DNA of 64,000 bases. Source: Clostridia bacterium. GTDB taxonomy: Bacteria > Bacillota > Clostridia > UMGS1883 > UMGS1540. Below are positions 1 to 10,236 of this stretch, one piece after another. A model generated the notes under the pieces. The model ran no database searches. It was not told the origin of the DNA and saw only the letters and a program-made list of their open reading frames with translations. Position 1 is the first letter of the stretch; every line of letters starts with the position of its first letter. Position numbers and translations under genes: made by a program. The stretch is from positions 65,136-129,135 of the forward strand of contig JAZNHR010000025.1 in assembly GCA_045577075.1 (NCBI GenBank), written 5' to 3'.

Positions 1-221
1 GCCTTTTCGTAAATATTCGGCTTTATGGCGAGAATGACGGCTTCGCCAAAAGCGGCAGCTTCTTCGTTTGTGCCGGTACGTACCCCCAAAGCGGCAACAT
101 CCTTCAGCTTTTCCGCCGAAATATCGCTGACGAAAATATCGTGAGAGGGCGTGCCTGCCGCCAGAAGTCCTTTTGTAATTGCGCTTGCCATATTGCCTGC
201 GCCAATTATTCCGATTTTCAT
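1..221 (-). CDS. proC: pyrroline-5-carboxylate reductase, N-terminal part; the 3' end of the gene lies beyond the window edge
   Basis: The reverse complement reads MKIGIIGAGNMASAITKGLL..., a Rossmann GxGxxG N-terminus typical of ProC. The start codon is the complement of 219-221. Confidence 0.65.
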   Translation of the reverse strand, partial: MKIGIIGAGNMASAITKGLLAAGTPSHDIFVSDISAEKLKDVAALGVRTGTNEEAAAFGEAVILAIKPNIYEK

Positions 222-383
222 ACTTTTTCCTGCCTTTTTGTTTTTTTCTTTCATTATACACCCTGGTATACGTTTTTTCAATAGATTTTTGCAGAAAACA
301 TCTCTTTTGCTTTTATGCTCTTGCTTTTTTTGAGATACTATGGTATACTCACTAGTATAATAATGTATAAAAATTATAAGGGG

Positions 384-1139
384 ATGATTGTAAAAATGCG
401 TGCAATTATTTTGGCGGCAGGAAAAGGAACAAGACTCCAGTCGGAACAGTTTAACCTCCCGAAGGTGCTTCGTTCCCTTTGCGGCAAGCCTTTAATCGGA
501 CATGTGCTGCAAAACACAGCATTTATAGCACCCGAGGATACAGCGATTGTTGTGGGGTATATGCATGAAAAGGTAGAAGAAGCAATCGGCGGAAGCTACA
601 AGTACGCCCTCCAGACCGAACAAAAGGGCACGGGCCATGCCGTACTTGCGGCGGAGGAATATTTTACCGACTATGACGGGGACGTCATTATTCTCTTTGG
701 AGATATGCCCATGTTTACCCGTGAGCATTACGAAGGTGTTATTAAAAAGCATCAGGAAACGGGTGCAGACCTTACAATCCTGACGGCAATTCTTGATGCA
801 TCCCTTCCGTACGGCAGAATTGTCCGTGATGAAAATGGCAACGTGCAAGATATTGTAGAGCACAAGGATGCAACAGAGGAACAGCGAGCCATCAAAGAGT
901 TGAACGTAGGCATTTTCGTGGCAAAGAGCCGTCTCCTTTTTGAAGCGTTACATAAAATCGGCAATAACAACGCCCAAGGCGAATATTATCTGACGGATGT
1001 GCCGAAAATTCTCATTCGGGAAGGCAAAACAGTGCTTGCCCATGCGATTTATGACGAGGTGGCGATTGTGGGCGTCAATACCGTGGAGGATTTGGCGTTT
1101 TGCGAAAAGCACATGAAAGAGAGAATGGCCGAAAATTAA
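384..1139 (+). CDS. sugar-phosphate nucleotidyltransferase with a GlmU-N-terminal-like domain only; no left-handed beta-helix acetyltransferase part
   Basis: LAAGKGTRL plus K signature of NTP_transferases. An AAGGGG RBS precedes the ATG at 384; 396 is an alternative start. The track ORF 315-1139 extends further upstream. Confidence 0.6.
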   Translation: MIVKMRAIILAAGKGTRLQSEQFNLPKVLRSLCGKPLIGHVLQNTAFIAPEDTAIVVGYMHEKVEEAIGGSYKYALQTEQKGTGHAVLAAEEYFTDYDGDVIILFGDMPMFTREHYEGVIKKHQETGADLTILTAILDASLPYGRIVRDENGNVQDIVEHKDATEEQRAIKELNVGIFVAKSRLLFEALHKIGNNNAQGEYYLTDVPKILIREGKTVLAHAIYDEVAIVGVNTVEDLAFCEKHMKERMAEN

Positions 1140-1144
1140 ATTTA

Positions 1145-1173
1145 GGGGGTGTAAAATAATTACACCCCCTTTT
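1145..1173 (+). terminator. rho-independent terminator after the nucleotidyltransferase gene
   Basis: GGGGGTGTAAAATAATTACACCCCC hairpin followed by TTTT. Confidence 0.6.
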
Positions 1174-1486
1174 GGGGGATAGGAAAAAATGTTCAGAATG
1201 GGCAAACTGAGCCCGAAGGGGTTACCCGACGGCGTACATGGGTACGCCGAGCGGCGAAGTTTGTTTCATAGCAAAAAGGCATCATACAAAAAGAAAAACT
1301 TCAAAAATTTGAAGTTTTTCTTCGTTTTTGTTAAGATATTGAATTTTATTATTTCTTTCAGTAGAATATTCAGCCTTTTTGCGGTCTGGACTTTTTTTTA
1401 CATCCCCTTTTTTTCTTGCAATCGGCAAAAGTGTGTGTTATACTAAAGCTAACAAATTTTTTTCGAAAGGATATATAGAAAAAGAT

Positions 1487-2383
1487 ATGAACATAATGCA
1501 TCTGAGATATGCTTTAGCCATCGAAGAAACAGGCTCTGTTACAAGAGCGGCGGAGCGTTTGTTTGTGGCACAGCCCAATATCAGCCGCGCCATTCGGGAA
1601 CTAGAAGCCTCGGTTGGGCTGGAGCTTTTTCGCCGCACGCCCCTCGGCATGGTGCCGACGGAAGAAGGCAAGCCGTTTTTAAACCGTGCGCGCCACATTG
1701 TGCAGGAAATAGATGGACTAAAGAATACCTACGAAAACGGCAAAAGTGCCCACGGGTATTTTTCGGTATGCAGTCATGGCGGCAGAGCGTATGCGGCGGC
1801 GTTTGCAAAGTTTGTTCGGGCACAGATGGGAGATTCCTTTTCTTACTCCTTTGCCGAAAGCGGCTCTTCGGACGTTGTTTTTCAGGTTGCTCAAGGCACG
1901 TGCAGTATAGGGATTATCCGGTTTTATCTACAGGAAGAGGCGGAGGTGCAACAGTATGTCGCCTCTCACGGGCTGGAAATGCAGCCGCTTTTCACAGCAC
2001 CGCTTCTCTATACCATTTCAGAAAGATGTCCTCTTGCAAAAGCTGCTGCCATTTCGCAGAAGGAGGCGGCAAAGCTTACGGAAATTACAGGTCCTGCTAT
2101 TTTAAAACTTCGCGAGGGAAACGGCGGGGGGAGTCGCCGGATTCGCCTTTTGGACAGGGAAAGTTGTGTACAAATCTTGAAGACGCGGTGGGACACATTC
2201 TTTTGGTCTGTCAAAGAGGAAGAAATGTTTCTGTCGGAAAACGGGCTGGAGCAAAAACCGGCAACGAATCGGCCGGTCTTTGTCATGGATGCAGTAGTCT
2301 TTCGTAAAAAGTATACGCCGACGAAGCTTGACAAAACATTTCTCGAGTATGTAGAGAAAGAAATTATAGCATATAAAAAATGA
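1487..2383 (+). CDS. LysR-family transcriptional regulator
   Basis: N-terminal HTH MHLRYALAIEETGSVTRAAERLFVAQPNISRAIRELE is classic LysR. The track ORF is longer, but the first ATG with sensible context is at 1487. Confidence 0.75.
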   Translation: MNIMHLRYALAIEETGSVTRAAERLFVAQPNISRAIRELEASVGLELFRRTPLGMVPTEEGKPFLNRARHIVQEIDGLKNTYENGKSAHGYFSVCSHGGRAYAAAFAKFVRAQMGDSFSYSFAESGSSDVVFQVAQGTCSIGIIRFYLQEEAEVQQYVASHGLEMQPLFTAPLLYTISERCPLAKAAAISQKEAAKLTEITGPAILKLREGNGGGSRRIRLLDRESCVQILKTRWDTFFWSVKEEEMFLSENGLEQKPATNRPVFVMDAVVFRKKYTPTKLDKTFLEYVEKEIIAYKK

Positions 2384-2551
2384 TATAATAACATATATTT
2401 TTTGTCATTGTCAAAATACGACCATTTATGATATCATAAAAATAGTCATATGATAGAGAGATATTCTGGAATTTTTTGTGCATTTCGCAAAAACAAAAGC
2501 CAATCTCTTTTAAACGGCCAACCGTGACGAAACGATAGGGAGTGATAAAAA

Positions 2552-3034
2552 ATGGAGAAAAATTTTGACAAGGTTTGTGCAATTTTGGACAAGCATGCGC
2601 GCAAGTCGCACAAGTTGATTCCGATTTTGCAGGAAATTCAGGAGGCGTACAGCTACTTGCCGGCAGATGTTATGCTGTTTGTGGCAAGGGAACTGGGCGT
2701 TTCTCCCTCCAGCGTGTACGGGGTAGCTACCTTTTACGCCCATTTTACACTGGAAGAAAAGGGCAAGTACGTCATTAAGGTTTGTGACGGCACGGCTTGC
2801 CACGTTAAGAAATCCGAGGGTATTTTAAAGGCTTTATTCGAAGTCTTAGGTCTTTCCAAAGACAAGCTCACCTCCGATGACAGACTCTTTACCTTAGAAA
2901 CCGTTGCCTGCCTTGGCGCTTGCGGACTTGCACCTGTGGTCGTTATCAATGATAAAGTACACGGCAACATGACGCCGGAAAAAACAAAGGAACTGATTGC
3001 AGAAATCCGGAAGGAGGAAGCAGCAAATGCATAA
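2552..3034 (+). CDS. hydC: NuoE-like [2Fe-2S] thioredoxin-fold subunit of a multimeric [FeFe] hydrogenase (HydC/HndA type)
   Basis: CDGTAC...CLGACGLAP cysteine pattern of the NuoE/HoxE family. It sits directly upstream of a NuoF-like gene and HydA. RBS GGGAG. Confidence 0.8.
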   Translation: MEKNFDKVCAILDKHARKSHKLIPILQEIQEAYSYLPADVMLFVARELGVSPSSVYGVATFYAHFTLEEKGKYVIKVCDGTACHVKKSEGILKALFEVLGLSKDKLTSDDRLFTLETVACLGACGLAPVVVINDKVHGNMTPEKTKELIAEIRKEEAANA

Positions 3035-4910
3035 AACAAGCCTTGAAGAACGTAAAAAACAGTATCAGCTTGCCATGGAACAGTATAAAGCACGTATTGT
3101 CATCTGCGGCGGTACGGGCTGTATGGCAAACGGGTCGGGTGAAATATATGATAAATTCCTGGAAACTGTAAGGGAAAAAGGGCTTTCCATTACGGTGGCA
3201 ATGGAAAAAGAAGAAGCCGATTACATCCTGAAAAAGAGCGGATGCCAGGGCTTCTGCCAGATGGGCCCCTTGGTTACACTGTATCCCCAGGGCATTATTT
3301 ATGTCCATGTAAAGGCGAGTGACGTTGAAGAAATTATTGAAAAAACGCTTTTAAAAGGCGAAATTATCGAACGCCTTCTCTATACGGAAACAGACGGCAC
3401 GCCCATTGCCGAAATGAAGAAGATTCCGTTTTATGCCAAACAGTCGAGAACGACGCTGGAGCTTTGTGGCATGATAGACGCGTTGGATATCGACGAATAT
3501 ATTGCCCACGGCGGCTACGAAATGGCAAGAAAAGCAGTCCTTGAGATGACGGGTGAGGAGGTTTGTGACCTCGTGCTCCAGTCCGGGCTTCGCGGTCGTG
3601 GTGGCGGCGGCTTCCCCACAGGAAAAAAATGGCAGCTGACGCGCGTGCATGAAAGTGACGTAAAATACGTCATTTGTAACGCGGACGAAGGCGACCCGGG
3701 TGCATTTATGGACCGGTGCGTTATGGAGGGCAATCCCCACAGCGTTTTAGAAGGTATGATTATCGCCGCCTGCGCTATCGGCGGCACAGAAGGTTATATT
3801 TACGTGCGTACCGAATATCCTCTCGCAGTAGAACGCGTAAAAATTGCAGTTGAAAATGCAAGAGAAGCAGGCGTTCTCGGCAAGAATATTTTCGGCTCGG
3901 ACTTTAGCTTTGACATTCATATCATGGAAGGCGCTGGCGCATTCGTTTGCGGTGAGGAAACCGCCCTTATCGGCTCTATTGAAGGTAAACGCGGTATGCC
4001 CACCATGAAGCCTCCCTTCCCGGCAGAAAAGGGTCTTTTTGAAAAACCCACGGTTATCAATAACGTAGAAACCCTTGCCACCATTCCTGTAATTATGCAG
4101 ATGGGTGCAGATAAGTATGCCGCCATCGGCTCGGAAGGTGCAAGCGGCACAAAGACCTTTGCCCTTACCGGCCACGTAGCCCACACAGGCCTTATCGAAG
4201 TGCCCCTTGGCACAACCCTTCGCAAAATTATTACAGAGATTGGCGGCGGCGTTGTTAATGACGACGGCTCCCTTTGCGGCTCCGACTTTAAGGCGGTACA
4301 GATTGGCGGTCCTTCTGGCGGCTGCCTGACGCAGGATCATCTCGACCTGCCCCTTGACTATGACCACTTGAAATCGGTAGGCGCTATGATTGGCTCTGGT
4401 GGTCTGGTTGTTATGAATCAGCAGACCTGTATGGTCAGCATTGCCCGATTCTTTATGCAGTTTACCCAGAACGAATCCTGCGGTAAGTGCGTAGTGTGTC
4501 GCGAAGGTACGCGCCAGATGCTGGCACTGCTTGATGATATTATTGAAGGCCGTGCAACAAGACAGACCTTAGAGCTTTTGGAAGAGCTTGCAAAGACGGT
4601 ACAGGTCGGCTCCCTCTGCGCCCTCGGTAAGACGGCACCAAACCCCGTTTTGTCCACACTCCGTTATTTCCGTGACGAGTATAACGCCCACGTTTTTGAT
4701 AAGCGTTGCCCGGCAGGCAGATGTGAGGCATTTACAAATTACAAGATTGATGAAACGAAGTGTAAGAGCTGTAGCCTTTGCGCGCGCAAGTGCCCGGTAG
4801 GTGCTATTAGTGGCGAGCGCGGTGTGCCGTACAAGATTGACAGCGAAAAATGCATTAAGTGCGGCGCATGTCTCGAAAGCTGTAAGTTCGGCGCAGTATA
4901 TAAAGGTTAA
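3027..4910 (+). CDS. hydB: NuoF-like NADH-binding FMN/[Fe-S] subunit of a multimeric [FeFe] hydrogenase (HydB/HndC type)
   Basis: N-terminal thioredoxin-like ICGGTGC, then GLRGRGGGGFPTGKKW FMN/NADH motifs, then two C-terminal CxxCxxCxxxCP ferredoxin motifs. A GGAGGA RBS precedes the ATG at 3027, which overlaps the hydC stop. Confidence 0.85.
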   Translation: MHKTSLEERKKQYQLAMEQYKARIVICGGTGCMANGSGEIYDKFLETVREKGLSITVAMEKEEADYILKKSGCQGFCQMGPLVTLYPQGIIYVHVKASDVEEIIEKTLLKGEIIERLLYTETDGTPIAEMKKIPFYAKQSRTTLELCGMIDALDIDEYIAHGGYEMARKAVLEMTGEEVCDLVLQSGLRGRGGGGFPTGKKWQLTRVHESDVKYVICNADEGDPGAFMDRCVMEGNPHSVLEGMIIAACAIGGTEGYIYVRTEYPLAVERVKIAVENAREAGVLGKNIFGSDFSFDIHIMEGAGAFVCGEETALIGSIEGKRGMPTMKPPFPAEKGLFEKPTVINNVETLATIPVIMQMGADKYAAIGSEGASGTKTFALTGHVAHTGLIEVPLGTTLRKIITEIGGGVVNDDGSLCGSDFKAVQIGGPSGGCLTQDHLDLPLDYDHLKSVGAMIGSGGLVVMNQQTCMVSIARFFMQFTQNESCGKCVVCREGTRQMLALLDDIIEGRATRQTLELLEELAKTVQVGSLCALGKTAPNPVLSTLRYFRDEYNAHVFDKRCPAGRCEAFTNYKIDETKCKSCSLCARKCPVGAISGERGVPYKIDSEKCIKCGACLESCKFGAVYKG

Positions 4911-4922
4911 GGGGTGAATACG

Positions 4923-6629
4923 ATGAAAACAATTACGATTGATAATACCGTTTATCAAATTGAAAATGATAAAAATCTTTTGGAAGCGATTCGAAGCGCG
5001 GGCATCGACCTTCCCACCTTCTGTTATAATCCCGAGCTGAGCGTTTACGGTGCTTGCAGAATGTGTATGGTAGAAGTTGAGGGCAGAGGCCTTGTGCCGG
5101 CTTGCTCCACCGCCGTTTCCGACGGCATGGTGGTCAAAACCAATACAAGACAGATTCGCAATATGCGTAAAATGATTGTAGAACTAATGCTGGCACACCA
5201 TGACCAGAACTGTACCACGTGCCCGAAAAGCGGCAGCTGTAAGCTCCAGAAGCTTGCCCATGACCTGGGTGTTTCCAAGGTACGCTTTAAACAGCTGGAA
5301 TGCGATATGACGATTGATACGTCCTCCGCTTCCGTTGTCCGTGATTCCTCTAAGTGTATTCTCTGCGGCGACTGTGTTCGCGTTTGCCGCGAGGTACAGG
5401 GCATCGGCGTTTTGGAATTTTCAAAGCGCGGCTCTGATGCCAAGGTTGTATCGGGCATCAATCAGCCCATGGCAAACACGGACTGCGTAAACTGCGGCCA
5501 GTGTATTAAAGCTTGCCCCGTTGGCGCACTGTACCCGAAATCAGAGATAGACGAAGTTTGGGATGCTATATATGATGAAGAAAAGACGGTTGTTGTACAG
5601 ATGGCACCGGCTGTTCGTGTGGCTCTCGGTGAAAACTTCGGCTTTAAGGCAGGAGACCTGCAGGTTGGCCAGATGGTTGCTGCCCTGAGAGGATTAGGCT
5701 TTGACTATGTGTATGACACGTCCTTTGCGGCTGACCTTACGGTCATCGAAGAAGGCAATGAATTTATCGAGCGCTTTACAAAGGGCGACAGAATGCCCCA
5801 GTTTACCTCTTGCTGTCCGGCATGGGTAAAATATGCGGAGCAGTTCTATCCCGACATGATTCCCAATCTTTCCAGCTGTAAATCGCCCCAGCAGATGTTT
5901 GGCTCTCTTTGCAAGGACCAGCTGACAAAAACCTTAAACATTCCGAGAGAAAAGCTGGTTGTAGTTTCCATTATGCCTTGTACCGCGAAGAAATTCGAAG
6001 CAAAGCGTCCCGAACTTGCGGTTGACGGCAATCCCGATGTGGATGTTGTTATTACAACACAGGAACTGGCACAGATGATTCGCGAGCGCGGCATTGACTA
6101 TGCAAATCTTGCACCCAGTGCCTTTGATATGCCCTTCGGCTTTAAGACGGGTGCGGCAGTTATCTTCGGCACAACAGGCGGCGTTAGCGAAGCAGTTCTG
6201 CGCTATGCGGCGTACGCTTTAAACGGCGGCGTCATTCCGGAAGTGAAGGAACTGCGCGAGTCTGATGGCATTCGCACCGTAGAAGTACCTTTAGGGGATA
6301 TTAAACTGCGCCTCGCCATTGTAAGCGGTCTTGCCAATACAAAGCGTCTTATCGAAAAGATTCGCGCCGGCGAAGAGCAGTATGACCTTGTGGAGGTTAT
6401 GGCGTGCTGCGGCGGGTGTGTAAATGGCGGCGGCCAGCCCATTACGGAAGAAAAGGCAGATGTTGCAGCCCGCGCAAAGGGGCTTTATGAGGACGATGCT
6501 TCTCTCGAGTTTAAGAGCGCGGAGGAAAATCCGTATCTTAAGGAAATGTACGAAAACGGGCTTACGCACGAACTGGCACACGAGCTTTTGCATACGACTT
6601 ACACCGATAGAAGCGGTCTTTCCGAATAA
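4923..6629 (+). CDS. hydA: [FeFe] hydrogenase catalytic subunit with N-terminal [2Fe-2S] and accessory [4Fe-4S] domains
   Basis: H-cluster motifs TSCCPAWV, MPCTAKKFE and ACCGGCVNGGGQP, plus 2Fe-2S and 4Fe-4S cysteine clusters. An AAGGGG RBS sits 9 nt before the ATG at 4923; the track start 4914 is a GTG. Confidence 0.9.
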   Translation: MKTITIDNTVYQIENDKNLLEAIRSAGIDLPTFCYNPELSVYGACRMCMVEVEGRGLVPACSTAVSDGMVVKTNTRQIRNMRKMIVELMLAHHDQNCTTCPKSGSCKLQKLAHDLGVSKVRFKQLECDMTIDTSSASVVRDSSKCILCGDCVRVCREVQGIGVLEFSKRGSDAKVVSGINQPMANTDCVNCGQCIKACPVGALYPKSEIDEVWDAIYDEEKTVVVQMAPAVRVALGENFGFKAGDLQVGQMVAALRGLGFDYVYDTSFAADLTVIEEGNEFIERFTKGDRMPQFTSCCPAWVKYAEQFYPDMIPNLSSCKSPQQMFGSLCKDQLTKTLNIPREKLVVVSIMPCTAKKFEAKRPELAVDGNPDVDVVITTQELAQMIRERGIDYANLAPSAFDMPFGFKTGAAVIFGTTGGVSEAVLRYAAYALNGGVIPEVKELRESDGIRTVEVPLGDIKLRLAIVSGLANTKRLIEKIRAGEEQYDLVEVMACCGGCVNGGGQPITEEKADVAARAKGLYEDDASLEFKSAEENPYLKEMYENGLTHELAHELLHTTYTDRSGLSE

Positions 6630-6635
6630 TCAAAC

Positions 6636-6676
6636 AACAAAAAAACGCCGAAGGCTTAATGCCTTCGGCGTTTTGT
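6636..6676. terminator. bidirectional rho-independent terminator between hydA (+) and gpmI (-)
   Basis: AACGCCGAAGGC-TTAAT-GCCTTCGGCGTT hairpin flanked by an A-run and a T-run. Confidence 0.6.
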
Positions 6677-6689
6677 GTTGCATAACAGT

Positions 6690-8198
6690 CTATTTTACAA
6701 TTAAGCTTTCGCCTGTCATCTCTTCCGGCTTTGCAAGGTTCATGAGTTCCAGCATGGTGGGGGCTATGTCTGCAAGGCGCCCGTCACCTCTAAGCTTTAC
6801 GTCTCCTGCGCCTGCCACGAGAAGGGGAACAGGGTTTGTGGTGTGGGCTGTGAAGGGGCTGCCATCTTCTGCATACATGCAGTCCGCATTGCCGTGGTCA
6901 GCAGTTACAAGTGCAACGCCGCCTGCTTTTATAATGGCATCCACCACTTCGCCAACGCATGCGTCCACCGTTTCAACGGCACGCACCGCACAGTCAAATA
7001 CGCCGGTGGGGCCGACCATGTCACAGTTTGCAAAGTTTAAGATGATTACGTCCTGGTCAGTAAGACGGGAAAGGACGGCTTCCTTTACTTCTACTGCACT
7101 CATTTCGGGCTTTAAGTCATAAGTAGCAACCTTCGGGGAAGGAATAAGAACACGGTCCTCGCCTTCGGCTGTTTTTTCAACGCCGCCGTTAAAGAAGAAC
7201 GTAACGTGGGCGTATTTTTCTGTTTCTGCAATTCGAAGCTGTGTATATCCTTTTTCGGAAATGTAATCGCCAAACGTATTCGTAAGCTTTTGGGGACGGA
7301 AGGCAACCTCCACATTCGGCATGGTGGCGTCATACTGCGTCATGCAAATATAGGTGAGCGGGAAGAACTTCCGGGTAAAGCCTGTAAAATCCGGGTCTAC
7401 GAAGGCACGGGTGATTTCACGGGCGCGGTCAGGACGGAAGTTAAAGAAAATAACGCTGTCGTTTTTCTCAATTTTGCCGGCATCGGTCGTAGCCGGAACA
7501 ATAAATTCGTCCGTAACCTCTTCTTCATAGGAAACGCGAACGTATTCGGCAGGATTTTCAATCTTTTTACCCTTGCCGCGGGTCATAACGTCATATGCTT
7601 TTTCTACGCGGTCCCAGCGATTGTCGCGGTCCATGGCGTAGTAGCGACCCATCACGGTAGCAATTTCGCCAACGCCGATGCACTTCATTTCCGCTTCTAA
7701 GGCGTCTAAGAAATCTGCGCCCGAGGTGGGGGATACATCGCGGCCGTCAAGAAGTGCATGGACGTATACTTTCGTAAGACCATGGCGTTTTGCCATTTCC
7801 AAAAGCCCGTAGAGATGCGTAATATGGCTGTGTACACCGCCGTCGGACAAAAGCCCGATCAGGTGGAGAGCCGAGCGATTCTCCTGGCAGTTTTTCATGG
7901 CAGAAACTAAGGCGCTGTTTTCAAAAAAGTCCCCGTCTTTTATAGATTTTGTGATGCGTGTCAGCTCCTGGTATACAATTCTGCCGGCACCGATGTTGGT
8001 GTGGCCGACTTCGGAGTTCCCCATCTGTCCTTCCGGGAGACCTACGTCCATACCGCTTGCCTGTATGTCCGTGTGGGGATAGGCGGCGAACAGACGGTCC
8101 AGATTCGGTGTGTTTGCCGCGGCGATGGCATTGCCTGCGTTTTTGGGCGCTGTGGCAAAACCGTCCATAATAATCAGCGCCATAAGTTGTTTATCCAA
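6690..8198 (-). CDS. gpmI: 2,3-bisphosphoglycerate-independent phosphoglycerate mutase
   Basis: ALIIMDGF ... SEVGHTNIGAGRIVYQ ... full-length iPGM motifs. 8198 is a TTG with an AAAGGAAG RBS; an in-frame ATG at 8183 is the alternative start. Confidence 0.9.
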   Translation of the reverse strand: MDKQLMALIIMDGFATAPKNAGNAIAAANTPNLDRLFAAYPHTDIQASGMDVGLPEGQMGNSEVGHTNIGAGRIVYQELTRITKSIKDGDFFENSALVSAMKNCQENRSALHLIGLLSDGGVHSHITHLYGLLEMAKRHGLTKVYVHALLDGRDVSPTSGADFLDALEAEMKCIGVGEIATVMGRYYAMDRDNRWDRVEKAYDVMTRGKGKKIENPAEYVRVSYEEEVTDEFIVPATTDAGKIEKNDSVIFFNFRPDRAREITRAFVDPDFTGFTRKFFPLTYICMTQYDATMPNVEVAFRPQKLTNTFGDYISEKGYTQLRIAETEKYAHVTFFFNGGVEKTAEGEDRVLIPSPKVATYDLKPEMSAVEVKEAVLSRLTDQDVIILNFANCDMVGPTGVFDCAVRAVETVDACVGEVVDAIIKAGGVALVTADHGNADCMYAEDGSPFTAHTTNPVPLLVAGAGDVKLRGDGRLADIAPTMLELMNLAKPEEMTGESLIVK

Positions 8199-8271
8199 GA
8201 TTCAGTCTTCCTTTCTTTATGAAAGGAGCCTGCCGCGTGGGTAGGCTCCCTTTTGTGTTTCGTTTTAAAGC

Positions 8272-9021
8272 TTAGCTGTTGGCAATTACAGTAAAGTCGT
8301 CAGCCTTAAGGCTTGCACCGCCAACAAGACCGCCGTCAATGTCGCTGCATGCAAACAAGTCCGCAGAATTTGCTGCATTTACGCTGCCGCCGTAAAGAAT
8401 ACGGATTTTATCGGCAACGGAGGCACCATAGAGCTCGGAAACGAGGACGCGGATCGCCGCGCAAACTTCGTTTGCCTGTTCGTTTGTAGCCGTCATGCCC
8501 GTACCGATTGCCCAGATGGGCTCGTATGCGATAACGAGGGAAGCGGCGGCTTCTGCAGAAACGTTTTTAAGCGCCTTTTTAATCTGCATGCGAATCCATT
8601 CAATGGTGATGCCATCTTCGCGCTGGGCGAGGGTTTCACCACAGCAGATAACGGGGCAAAGGCCGTATTCCAGCGCCTTTAAAACCTTCTTGTTTACCGT
8701 TTCATCGGTTTCGCCAAAGTATTCACGTCTTTCGGAGTGACCGATAATGACGTGGCTTACACCCATTTCCTTTAGCATGCCCGGTGCTACTTCGCCGGTA
8801 TATGCGCCCTTATCTTCAAAATACATGTTCTGTGCGCCCACCATGATTTTCGTGCCCTTTGCAGCCTGTAAAACAGCATCCAGGCAAACGAACGGGGGGC
8901 AAACGAGAACGTCATTTGCGGCATTTCCGGCTTTTGCGGCGAGGTCCTGCATCAGTGCTGCGGCCTCAGCCGGGGTTTTATTCATTTTCCAGTTGCCGGC
9001 GGCAAGTTTTGTTCTGCTCAT
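8272..9021 (-). CDS. tpiA: triose-phosphate isomerase
   Basis: AGNWKMN ... GHSERR ... [11 protein letters not shown] motifs. Confidence 0.9.
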   Translation of the reverse strand: MSRTKLAAGNWKMNKTPAEAAALMQDLAAKAGNAANDVLVCPPFVCLDAVLQAAKGTKIMVGAQNMYFEDKGAYTGEVAPGMLKEMGVSHVIIGHSERREYFGETDETVNKKVLKALEYGLCPVICCGETLAQREDGITIEWIRMQIKKALKNVSAEAAASLVIAYEPIWAIGTGMTATNEQANEVCAAIRVLVSELYGASVADKIRILYGGSVNAANSADLFACSDIDGGLVGGASLKADDFTVIANS

Positions 9022-9039
9022 AATGTTTGTATTCCTTTC

Positions 9040-10236
9040 TTATTTGTCTTCGAGGCAAGCGATACCCGGCAGGATTTTACCTTCCAGGAATTCAAGAGAA
9101 GCACCGCCGCCTGTGGAAATGTGTGTCATTTTATCCGCAAAGCCAAGCTGTTCAACAGCCGCTGCGCTGTCACCGCCGCCGATAATGGTTACGGCATCGG
9201 TTTCGGCAAGTGCCTTTGCAATGGCAATGGTACCCTTTGCAAGCACCGGGTTTTCGAATACGCCCATGGGGCCGTTCCATACGACCGTCTTTGCAGTCTT
9301 TACAGCGTCTGCAAATAAAGCCTGGGTCTTCGGGCCAATGTCAAGACCCATCTGGTCTGCCGGAATTGCGTCAGCATCCGTAGCCGTTACGGCAATTTCT
9401 GCGGTGATGGGGTCAGGAAATACGGGGGAGACCATAGTGTCAACAGGCAGAAGGAGTTCTACACCATTAGCCTCTGCCTTTTTAAGAAGCTCCTTTGCAA
9501 GTTCCAGTTTTTCTGCGTCAAAGAGAGACGTGCCGATTTCGTAGCCCTTTGCTTTGAGGAAGGTGTAAGCCATACCGCCGCCGATAATCAGCTTGTCCAC
9601 TTTGCCGATGAGGTTTTCGATAACTGCAATCTTGTCGGAAACCTTTGCACCGCCAAGGATTGCAACGAAGGGACGTTCGGGATTTGAAAGTGCCTTGCCC
9701 ATAACGTCAAGCTCCTTCTGGATAAGATAGCCGCATACTGCCGGGAGATAATCGGCAACGCCTGCGGTGGAAGCATGGGCACGGTGTGCGGTGCCGAATG
9801 CGTCATTTACATATACTTCAGCGAGTGAAGCAAGAGCCTTGGAAAATTCCGGGTCGTTCTTTTCTTCTTCCTTGTGGTAACGGACGTTTTCGAGAAGCAC
9901 AACGTCACCGTCGCCCATTTCGGCAGTCAGTGCCTTTGCACTGTCGCCAATGACGTCTTCTGCCATTTTCACTTCTTTGCCGAGATGCTCAGAAAGACGC
10001 TTTGCAACGGGTGCAAGGCTATACTTCGGGTTGACTTCACCCTTCGGGCGGCCCAGGTGCGAGCAAAGAATTACGCGTGCACCGTTCTCAACCAGATATT
10101 TAATTGTGGGCAGAGCGCCGAGAATTCTGGTTTCATCTGTAATGTTCTTGTCGGCATCGAGGGGTACGTTAAAATCACAACGGACAAGAACTTTTTTGCC
10201 GGTTACGGCAATCGCTTCAATATTTTTCTTGTTCAT
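9040..10236 (-). CDS. pgk: phosphoglycerate kinase
   Basis: [13 protein letters not shown]-terminal motif and overall Pgk length and organisation. RBS AGGAGTG. Confidence 0.9.
   Translation of the reverse strand: MNKKNIEAIAVTGKKVLVRCDFNVPLDADKNITDETRILGALPTIKYLVENGARVILCSHLGRPKGEVNPKYSLAPVAKRLSEHLGKEVKMAEDVIGDSAKALTAEMGDGDVVLLENVRYHKEEEKNDPEFSKALASLAEVYVNDAFGTAHRAHASTAGVADYLPAVCGYLIQKELDVMGKALSNPERPFVAILGGAKVSDKIAVIENLIGKVDKLIIGGGMAYTFLKAKGYEIGTSLFDAEKLELAKELLKKAEANGVELLLPVDTMVSPVFPDPITAEIAVTATDADAIPADQMGLDIGPKTQALFADAVKTAKTVVWNGPMGVFENPVLAKGTIAIAKALAETDAVTIIGGGDSAAAVEQLGFADKMTHISTGGGASLEFLEGKILPGIACLEDK

Noticed and set aside
1189-1446. 85 aa ORF in the intergenic region before the LysR gene
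   Set aside because: Lys/Phe-rich low-complexity translation from AT-rich DNA, with no RBS. The region was instead considered as possible structured RNA.
1768-2307. 179 aa alternative-frame ORF inside the LysR gene
   Set aside because: Overlapping frame with Cys/Arg/Gly-rich nonsense translation. The LysR frame has a clear HTH.
2384-2551. Promoter for the hydrogenase operon
   Set aside because: Several overlapping weak -35/-10 candidates (TTGTCA...TATCAT) occur in AT-rich DNA. None is convincing enough to annotate without TSS data.
3747-4367. 206 aa minus-strand ORF inside hydB
   Set aside because: Antisense to a well-supported NuoF-like gene, with Gly/Ala-rich low-complexity translation.
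8747-9544. 265 aa plus-strand ORF spanning the tpiA/pgk region
   Set aside because: Opposite strand of two clearly identified glycolytic genes, with Ala/Ser-rich low-complexity translation.
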